From the NCBI GenBank assembly GCA_050230475.1, contig JBFLGF010000055.1:1-64000 (forward strand): a DNA stretch of 64,000 bases. Direction: 5' to 3'. The position numbers and the translations under genes were made by a program. The DNA comes from Ancylonema sp. Taxonomy: Eukaryota. Below, in pieces: positions 54,141 to 64,000 of this stretch. The notes beneath the pieces are model-generated. The model made no database searches. It had not been told where the DNA came from and was given only the letters and a program-made list of their open reading frames with translations. Position 1 is the first letter of the stretch. Each line of letters starts with the position of its first letter.

Positions 54141-55894
54141 TATGGTGGAATGCTGCTAGAGCAAGATAGCAGGTAGGTTTATAACTACTGACAGTAGCTG
54201 CCTGCAGCTGATGACTTCTATGTCAGTAACGGCAGCGTCCAACAGTAGTGGCTTGCACAAATTTTGATGCGATGGTCGCCCGTCTGTACGCCTTTAGAAT
54301 AATCTTTCAGAACACTATACCATGATACCATCAGTCCAACGCGTTTTTCGGTACGGTGGGTGGAGACCAGTGTCCAACCCTATCGGACCATGATATGGAC
54401 ACTGAATGTGGACACTCAGAACTTGGGTCCACGTGCAAAACTGCGTGCGGCACTTCAAACCACCAATGAATAGAGGGGATACGATGCATATTGGTCGGCT
54501 GAAATTGCATCCAGTCGTCTTACTCTGACCGTACAATATTTGTGAGGAGGACAACGCAATTCCGTACCATCGCCGTCGTCATCGGCAAATCTATCGCACT
54601 GTTGCGATAGATTGCAAATGGCTTTTTGTTGATTGATAATTCGCTTCTTCAGACCGTCTGTAATACGTCCCAAAATTTACAAGCTTTGTAATTCGTTCAA
54701 AAGATCTGTTATAGTGGAACCGTCATCGTGGCACTGCCAAGACACAAGGCGTAAAATCAGCGAATGGAAGTTCGCCATGACAGACCGAGCGTCTTCGACA
54801 TGACACGTGGTGTACGTTGACAAAGTGTAAGATCCGTAGTAAATCAGGTCATTGCGACAGCTGCTGAGAAGCGCATGCGTTAGAGGACAGAATCTGAGAA
54901 GAGATTGTGTGGAAAAGGTGCAGATGCTGATCTATTTGCGTACCTCCAACACACCCGCTTCTCGACCTCTGGAAGCGAAGAATACCGAAGCGAAGAACAC
55001 AAGAGTAAGAGCATAAGTTATAACTAGACCCAACTGATGCTGAGTTGGGCACCAGTTGGGTCTGTGATTTAGGAAAACTTGGCACTTCGTCGGTCCCTGA
55101 CCCGACCGTGCCCAACTCGTTTCACAAAAGATATAACCAGACCAAACTGGTGCTGGCGAGGATCGAATACTCTGAACTTCGCGCTCGAAATTCCCCTCCG
55201 TACCTCAATCGTACAATATTACTGTCTCCGACTCCCCTGTCAGTGGAGGAGGAGGACGGTTTTAAGCACGGTGCCCTAGTTAACGTCAAGCCTTCGGGCT
55301 GCGATACGTGATGATAGGTGCACGTTTAGCGCTGCGTAGGTGCGCGTCGTCGGAGCACCTCTCTGCTGATGCTGCAGATTTGGTCAGTCTGGAACGGGTG
55401 GAGTTGGGGCATACGCGGAGGTCGTTCGAGAAAGTCGGGCCACTTGCCAAAAGGGGTGTGATCGAGAAAGAATTTGTGAATATTGGGGGTCCCCGGCACG
55501 GATCCGCATTTGCCCCCGCTTCAAGCATCCGGGCGGAGATAACTGACGGCGCCAGTTCCTAGGAGTGTCCTACCTATGAAGAGAGTGCTTTTGACCGGAC
55601 GTTTGTAACCCGCTATGCCAGCGAACAGGAAGTTCCAAATGTGGATAACATGGTTGCGAAAAACCCTTCTCTTGTGCGCGATGACCCTTTTCGTACGCAG
55701 AGCCTCGATGGTAGCTATGGCAGCCATGATGCGAAGCCGTCAGGAGGTCAAGCCGTCGTTTAAATGGTGGGGGGAAGGGCAAGTGAATACAGCTGAAATG
55801 TAAATATTTCCTCCTCTGGCATCGTGCTATGTCTCTCTCTCGTCCCTATTCTTTCTCTCGGTTTTTGGAGATACAACTCTTAAGAGCATGTTTA

Positions 55895-55908
55895 ACATGT
55901 ACATATGT

Positions 55909-55949
<41 letters not shown>

Positions 55950-56001
55950 TATGTATGTACATATGTATATATATATATACATATATGTATACACATATAT
56001 A

Positions 56002-56085
<84 letters not shown>

Positions 56086-56087
56086 CA
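55895..56087. repeat. (TA)n microsatellite, interrupted
   Basis: Directly visible; it explains the spurious YIYI ORFs. Confidence 0.97.
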
Positions 56088-57229
56088 AAGGGAAATATGG
56101 ATTCTACTATGAGTGGTTCTTTGGGTAGAGATGGGGAGGGCGATGACATGGGTCAGCTGACTCAGCTGCCTGGCTGGCCATGACTTGAAGTCGTGGAGGA
56201 GGACCTTTTCCAATATTGAGGACAGGATTTGGGGCTGGGTGTTGCATGAGGTTGGGGTGGGGAGAGTCTGGTGCGTAGTTGATCTGGCTGAAGGAGACGT
56301 ATGGGATAGGATGTGGCGTGGTAGGATATATGTACATATATTCGCACAAGTGTGTTTACATGTACTTGTACATGCATTCCTGCATATAGTTGTACAGAGG
56401 CGTATGTGTATACAGAGGCATTTGCGTACTTTTGTGTGTCGAGTCATGCCCGAGTCTTTGGAAGGAAGTGCGTATGCCACTTTTGCAAGACAGGCGGCGC
56501 ATCAACAAGCTGTGTCTGTAATTTACCATTTACACACGTGCACAATGAAGATTGGCTGGATTGCTATGCTTTTGTATGCGCGTTTCTGCTCTTGTACGTG
56601 CTGGGAATGTTGTGTGTTGTGGAAGCACGAGTGAGATGGACCACATAGTCTTGAGTCAAAGGATATGAAATGGGCTGTCCTCTTCATGCACGTCGTCAGG
56701 GGCATGTCATGTTGTACGCATTAATAGATGCACAATACGAAGAGTCTGAAATGACATTCACTTTGTATCTATGCATCACCTTCCTTATTATCACAACCTC
56801 ACACACCACATGCTTCCTAAACAATGACAGAGACAGTGCAAGTCTGTTGTCAAGTAGTACAGATTCAAGACCACCTGCGCAGAGGTGCCACCCTCCATAA
56901 TCTACACTTACAATTGTGAACAACAAATATCACAACCTCTTGACTTGACTATCAGTCGCCAGTCACGACGATTCCGACGCAGGATAAGAAGAATAAACAC
57001 ACCACATCTGTCAGAATTGAACAACCTACAGAACACTTCCACATAACCATTGTTTCTCCATCAGTGCCGCCACGTCCACATGTTTGTTACACGCACACCT
57101 GCCACAATGAGAGGGCACACATCAGACACCACAATTTCCATCTTAACTGTCTTGAACATGGAATCACATCCCGAATCAAACTATAATCCCCCACAGCATA
57201 GCTCAGCCCCCACCTATTTGCGCTACGCC

Positions 57230-57255
57230 CATATATATATATATACATATATATA

Positions 57256-57318
<63 letters not shown>
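57230..57318. repeat. (TA)n microsatellite
   Basis: Directly visible. Confidence 0.97.
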
Positions 57319-57321
<3 letters not shown>

Positions 57322-59568
57322 CCAAGTGTAATTGATGGCTAAAAAGGCTTCCTGATTATATATATATTTAGAGGGATCACCTCTATGGAACTGAAGTGTG
57401 GGACAGAAGGGTAAATTTAGGAAGGAGAACATAGCAGATCGGAGGCGACGTATGTGCGACCGCAACAATTTTTCAGCAGCTCGATGTTGATTGTCTCTGC
57501 AGACCAAAGAATATGAGCAGTCCTTAAATCTCGCCGATACTCACACCTTCGCAATCCACAAAGGAAAGTAAAGTGATTGGGTGATTGAACCTCTAAATTG
57601 ACGATTTAACTCGGATGGCGGGACTTCAGAGTGTTCAACTCATGTCACATTCATGATTTGTCTGTACAACGTACTCATGAGGACCAGCCATCAGTAAGCA
57701 CACCAATTTCTACACATGCAGGCTATGGCAAATGTTTTTCAGACTTGCCGGCAAAGATACTTGCCGGATGCTCGGCCGTTCATGACAGTCTACGCCCCTA
57801 AACATGGCTTTCTCAGTTCTCTTCAAGAATATTTCGCCTGAATGTAGCCTCGTCTCTGCCCATGTGCACTCAAATCCCGTACCTCAAGAAATAAAAAAAC
57901 CTCAATTATGCATCAGGGGGGTCCCTCAAAGGACCGTGTTGGAGCTCCTTTGCAAGTGCGGCCATGACCTGAGCTCCGACCCGTTTCTTCCTCACACTCA
58001 GACCAGCCCTATGCCCCCTTGAGAGACCTCCTCTCGAGAAAATTGTCTGCCTGGAAACGGCGCTTGAAGAAATAGTATGGAAGTTTTGCTCGTAAATCAG
58101 GACGCCAAATACTGCGCTTACTCAACTCGTTCGCTTCGCTATCTGGGGGTAAGCACAGTGACATCGTCAGCGATCGCGACCAGCACACCATCGAGATATC
58201 GGTCTTAATCATGATGCCCTAGATTCAAGCCTTCAGGCTGCAATACGTGAACTGAGAGGTGTACTACGTTGGCGCGAAAAGTTTGAGGTACATGTACCTT
58301 TATCCGCACGAATCCTCAGGCAGGCAGTGTGAGTGATTGGGCAATTTAGGTAGGTACCTCGGGCACGAGTTGGGCAAGTTCTCGAGACCCAAATGAGGTA
58401 CCGAGTTGGGTCTCGAGACCTAGCGAGTGGTGCCCAACTCGTCAGTTTCGGCGCAATTAGTTGGGCACCAGTTGGGTCTAGTTATAACTTTTACTTTCGA
58501 GACCCAACTCGTCATGAAACCGGGCGCAAATTGAAAATGACGAGTTGGGCACGAGTTGGGTCTAGTTATAACTTATGCTCTAAGAGCCATTTTGTTTCGA
58601 CTCATCGGCTGAACAACAGCTCGACGTGGGGAAAAATAAAAACCGAGGAAGAAAAAAGGCAAAACCGCTCGACAACAATGTCTATCAATTAATTATTGCA
58701 CCCATATAGTGCAGCGGTCACGCAAAAGGAAGCTCACCTAAAATCAAGTCCCTCGTCTCTGGAAGCAGAAGTCGCAATTGGTTGCGTAACCGAGTGCACG
58801 TCACTACCCGTGTAGATTGGTCGGCATGTTCTTGCCGCACGCATCATTTAAAGCCGCACCCGTGACATCGAAATTCTGTATCCATTCAAGGACGACGCGG
58901 TGCCAATTCCCAGTATCGGCCCTGCCCTGCGCAGCTGGATTACACGATATTCCCAGCAAAGAGGGACGGAAGAAGGTTGTCCTTGCACTTATGGGCGAAG
59001 CAAGTCTAGAACTGAGGTAAGTGTTGCTCATGGTGCAATTTTTATGAACAAACAATAGTCCAAAATCTTTCCTACTCTGCATTAGTTGCTTAGCGCGCCT
59101 GGACAACCTTCGTTTCTCCGACATTAGCTGTGATTAGCTCCGTATCAAAAAGCTTGTTAGGCACATTAAATACAGTAGAGTGCGTCAGCTATAATGATTT
59201 TATATCGTAAAGCCATGCCTGGATCAGTGCATCACATTTTGCCATCTTTTGAGTGTCAGGGCCGTGTCTCGTAGTGGGATGGGTAGGATGGGGTGGGATG
59301 GTATAGGATGGGATGGGATGGTCGGCATGCCAAACACAGGACTAACAGCTGTCCTCTGAGTGCCCCAATTCATCTGATGCCATGTCATCGATTTCTGTTC
59401 GAAGGACCGCTGGAGGGTGAAGGTAGAGAGACCAGGAGGAGCCCCAACAGGAGTAAAAGAACCTCTTGACAGTGTGCAGCAGGTGGGCTGGTACGGACGG
59501 ATACGGACGGGTACGGACAGGGACAGTGACTCGTATTTCGCACTAGTGGTCGGAAGGAGAACAAGGTC

Positions 59569-61848
59569 ATGTTTCGAAGGTCACCTCCCATCGTCCACCT
59601 CATTATTTCATCTCAATCTCGCTTGTACACTTACACACATTTCTCTCTTCTTGTCCAGAATCCAAAGGCTTGCCTTCCTTCGCTCACTGCCCGCCTGCCA
59701 ACAAGAACTCATCATTTCTACATGAATAACAAAAGTGTTGGAGAAATAAACCAGGAATCAATTTTGGGGTACCAGGAACTGTGTGCTGACTCACAATCCG
59801 TTTCGAGCATCCCAGACGCCCGACTCCACTTCTCCTGGACGCCACACCGACAACGACAGTGCCGAGCAGACGCTGCCACCTGTCTTTCCCTCATGGGCCC
59901 GCTCAGTGGCGCTTGTGGGCGAGCACTATGGAGTAGATCCTTCCTACTGGACGCAGACATAGAGGAACAGAGGCGGCAATATGGGTGGAACGAGCTGGGT
60001 CACACCCCACACGGTTACCTTCTCGTGCCTCTCTTTCTTGATTGGATGGGGAACTGCAGGGCATGTGGGGGAATGGATTGAATCTGGGGTGGGTCAGAGG
60101 AAGGGCAGGAAAATTTGGCAAAGAGTGGGATGATAGGTAGGAGGGACGGGAGGGGAGACGTTGAGCATGGAAGGCAGGTTGGATATGAATGCCGTCCATA
60201 CATTTTTGTGATGAGTGTGGAGCATGGCGGCCATGATCTGTAGAAAAGAAAGGAGGCACTTGAAATTAAATGCCCATCTATTTCCGTAATGCCCCTTACG
60301 AGGGGCGAAGCAGAAGCCATAGTCAAATGCAGTGAGAAGTTCAAGGAACTTCTTGCACCGATTCTTCAAACTACTCAGTCGACCAACGATCTGAGTAGAG
60401 TTTGTGCCTACATTGCCTTTGCCGTTTGCCGTAGAGCGAGTATAGAGGTTTTTTCATGGGGATCTCGAGATGCGTGCAAACTTAACAGGCAAGGTAGGAT
60501 CTATGAAAACGATTTCAAGCACGCCGGCTGGCAAACCACGACACTCTGGGAATGTGTGAACTTGAAGAACATGATCACGGCAGAAAAAGAAACCATTCGG
60601 CGGTTAAGGGATCAAAACCTTCCCTATCATTCCTGCATCAACGAACACGCAGGTGGCGGTGCAGCATCCGATAAAATAACCGAACCGCTGGGAGTCTCGT
60701 TCGGTGTATATTTTTGTTTCAACCCTAAGGATATTGAACCCTTCGTTATCAACACCAGGAGAATCCTCTCCCAGTTCAGTCGTCCATTAAGAATATTGGA
60801 ACACGCACTTGCCACATCTTCGTTGAAAATCAACAAAGAGCACATTGTGGCTCTCCACTCCCTGAGGGGTTCTCTCCGAGCGCTATCGGACATGGGAGTA
60901 TTAGAGGGCGGCAGGACTTTGGTACACGATCAAGAAAGGGATAAGGAGAGGGAATCGACGATAACAAGCGAAGATATCGACCAGCAGCAAATCGTAGTCA
61001 GGAAGGAGATCTTGAAAGCGAGGACGGTTTTTGATGTTCATTTGTGTGGAGCCCGTTCTTGTGCCGAACTCTGTGAAGGGGAAATCATGGGATGGTACTG
61101 TGACAAAGACGGTCGTAAGGTCAAACTACGACCAAGTATCAACTTGACCGATGCCTTGGACTCATCGAAGAGGAAGTTTGAGGAAGAAGGGGAGGTTTGA
61201 GAGGGAGGAGAGGGAGGGAAGAGGAAGAGAGGGGACCCGCAATCCAAGATGCATGAGGGTTACGGAGTCTACAACGTCGGGAAGTTTCCTAGGTACATCA
61301 ACTAGTACAGAGCAGAGGATGGATCCACCAAAAATCGTTATCACCCATCCATCTCGAAAGCCAGGTCCTATGCACGCAAGAAAGTCGGGGAGAACAACAT
61401 CATCTCACCAATGAAATTGTTTGGTACACACACACGGGAGGCTTCAACTTGGGTTGCTTATTGGCTGACCCCCATTGGAAAGAAGATTACACGCAAAGGA
61501 TTCTCAAACAAGTAAGAGTGCGAAGAATAAGCCAGGCGTCAGTATGAGAAACTCCTAGATTCCACTTGCGTCATAGAGAATGATCCGAGCACGGGTCTTG
61601 TGCCTTTTGGATCTCGCCGGAATGGTTATGGTGGTTACACGTGTTGAGTCAGAGGTCTTGATGGCATGGAACTGAAGGGTGGTTATGGCTCCTTCTCAAG
61701 TAAAAAGGAGGCCATTGATCATGGGAGGAAGGGACACGAGGCCTTGCTCAAGGACAGGATTTCAGTATATGTGAGCCAAACTACAAAATATTTAATTCTA
61801 CATTATGTTGACTTGACTCACTCGACTGTATTTTTCATGTCCCCTTGA
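59569..61848 (+). pseudogene. Decayed intronless gene with a GIY-YIG-like nuclease motif and several AP2/arm-like DNA-binding repeats
   Basis: One reading frame of about 760 codons with seven isolated stops (60079, 60241, 61198, 61303, 61513, 61528, 61645); longest open part 60289-61200. Domain calls are from motif resemblance only. Confidence 0.55.
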
Positions 61849-62003
61849 TTTTAGTTTGGCACACCGTTACCAGAAGAGATGGAGGAATGGGAGTGGGATT
61901 TTCGGTGTGTCACGAAAGCGAGGAGTGCACCTTGTGAAGTATGCTGCAACATATTTGTATATTAATGATGTTTATGTAGTCCGGCCAAAGTTACCGTAAT
62001 AGN

Positions 62004-64000
62004 AACCGTCTTTGAAGCACACGTTCATATTCTTCCGAGTCGGAAACGTGATTTTGTGTGTTTCTTTGCGTCGTGCCATCTAGCTTTCACGAAGCTTCCC
62101 TACAACAGCCGGCCACGGTCCCTAGCAATGTCAAACTCGTCTTCTTCGCTTCGAGAGAAAAGTATGCGGTAGACGGTAGTGTAGGCCCTGTCGTGTGAAG
62201 AAAACTGTGGTTCTACCCGTATTCTGCACAGTTTGATTGATTTTAGAATTCGGCGAGGAGGAATATTCAGTGAGGCCAAGCTTTAAGAGTCCAGGTAAGT
62301 TACGTTACATTATTTCATGGTGAAGCAGAAAGGTCATGGAATCCGTCCATCGCAAACCATGAGAATAACCGTACTTGTGATATTCATAGCAAATATATAG
62401 AGCGCTGAGATATGGAGACAGCCAAAATTACGATTGTTTCAAAAAAATCTTGGCCTTTTTTTCCGTACGGTATTCGTGGGTGGAAATACGTCTACACACC
62501 GCTACGTCGTTGAAATGCCCCACAATCAGCCCTTTCCTCTCCACCTCCATCTTGCCTCGCAGACTTCAGCGCCGTCCTTAAGAGTGCCTCGCGGAATGGC
62601 AGGAGGAGCAAACTTTTTCAGTCGAGTGGTTCAATACGTGGCCAATGAATTACTTGTAGACCGACTTGCCAATAATCCTTCGTTTCAGCGGTTCGCAGTC
62701 CGCTCGTCGAAGGCCATCGAGGAGCTTGCTCAGACAGGTGATCAATGATTTTCCTGTCCGAAAAAGCGACAATGGCAAGCTTTGACATGCAGAGCATGCC
62801 AGGGTTACGAAGAGAGAGAGAAGAAGAAAAATCGGAAAAGAAGAAAAGGAATCGGAAATCGCATACTCTACCAAGCTGTAGTAGACTCGTGGTGCATGCA
62901 GATATCGATTTTTTTGGATCGTTGGGTTCACATCCTTCTGTCACGGTGTAAACACTCATGTTTTCTTGTAACACATGAGCTCACTTTGACTTCCGGAGGA
63001 TTCTGGTCGACACCACCCAAAACTTTACGTGGTGTGTCTATCGTGCTGCCTGTGGATGTTCCAGGGGCGCAGAGCCGGGAACAGCTTATGAAGCAGATGA
63101 AGGAGCTCTCTGAGAATGTACAGGAGGAGGTGAGGCTCAGGCTTTTGCCACATTGACTCTCCAATGGAGTGTTATTCTATGGACGTGAATATGCACGCAT
63201 GGGTTCTGGCCGCGTACAAATGCAGATACGTATGGTTTACTCATCTGCAAACACCACTTTGTAGCTGCTCAGACCAGATAACAAATAAGTATGTCGACGT
63301 GGAAGCTAATGGAGCAGGTACAAAGTACATGAATTGGCGATTAGAACAGACAGAAGCATTAGCAGCGTACACGCAAACTCGCAGTACCCGTGCACTGATG
63401 TATGTTGCTGCCCGGCTTCCGATATTCCTCTCGATCGCCTCTGTTGCTCACTGCCCTGCCAAGATCCTTGTGTCCAGGCTCTTCAGAAACTAAGTGCTGT
63501 ATTTGTTCATTTGTGTCGTTATCCGGGGAGACAAATTCATTGCATTCAAGTCATTTGACGCAGGGCACCCACGTGTGACCATCACGTGAAGAGTTTGTGC
63601 ATGAGTGGCACTGTCGTATGCTGTTGCATCTCATGTCCGTAGCTTGTGTGGGTCCGTAACTCGATTCCTGAACGGAAGTCTTTGGGAGGTGGATGACTGG
63701 TAACAAACACATTGCAACATTGCAACATTGCACCAAACCAAAGCTGAGTCAGACAGCATCGAACCTCAAATGAGGTGGTAGCGTCACCACGGTATGATGA
63801 CAAAGAGTCCCTGGAATCTAAGTAAGGTCGAAACTGGCTGCAGGGCCTGACGACTTCCGTATTATTTGTGAAAGGGTGACAACGAGGTTGTGATTGGTTG
63901 TTGTTTTGAATGTGGAATGCAGGTTTCACGGAATATGAAGGACTCAAAAAAGCGATGATGATTCTATTTGTCTCAAATTTTCGGTATGAAGCTTAGGGAC
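62004..64000. repeat. Diverged duplicate of about 48995-50967
   Basis: Starts at N 62003 and is collinear to the end of the window. Confidence 0.95.
62596..63958 (+). CDS. Second intact copy of the small conserved protein
   Basis: Exons 62596-62737, 63065-63129, 63923-63958. Two amino-acid differences were seen (D>E, K>T), with the same splice sites. Confidence 0.85.

Larger units (their letters stand above)
55009..58580. mobile_element. PIF/Harbinger-type DNA element, apparently non-autonomous
   Basis: Perfect 27-bp TIR GAGCATAAGTTATAACTAGACCCAACT (55009-55035 and 58554-58580), TAA on both flanks, multiple AGTTGGG/CCCAACT subterminal repeats. No intact transposase was recognised. Confidence 0.88.

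Noticed and set aside
55827..56480. ORFs with YIYIYI runs
   Set aside because: These are translations of (TA)n microsatellites.

Overview
Eukaryotic, intron-rich genomic DNA in the standard genetic code. The plant-type gene models plus a methyltransferase-carrying gypsy element suggest a streptophyte (charophyte-type) green alga; this is inference. It is a scaffold with six single-N joins (4322, 22770, 37514, 38358, 44564, 62003). Host genes: a partial RING-H2 E3 ligase, RPT4 and PAG1 (two proteasome subunits, tail to tail), a VPS13B-like lipid-transfer gene, MMS21/NSE2, ARL2, a TBC/RabGAP, a small conserved plant protein (two copies) and a 1-Cys peroxiredoxin. The most unusual region is 11.8-26.7 kb, where a CRE-like LINE remnant is interrupted by an 8.9-kb decayed Ty3/gypsy element (4-bp TSD AGTT) encoding gag, protease, a cytosine DNA methyltransferase, RT, RNase H and an integrase tail with a PHD finger. 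This element has no pair of direct LTRs. Its dissimilar left (~0.9 kb) and right (~0.23 kb) ends, joined together, match a family of ~1.2-kb non-coding insertions present three times nearby. Also present are a PIF/Harbinger-type element (27-bp TIR, TAA TSD) and a stop-riddled ~760-codon frame with a GIY-YIG-like motif and AP2-like repeats. Four diverged duplicated blocks each begin exactly at an N join and probably represent a second haplotype or subgenome.
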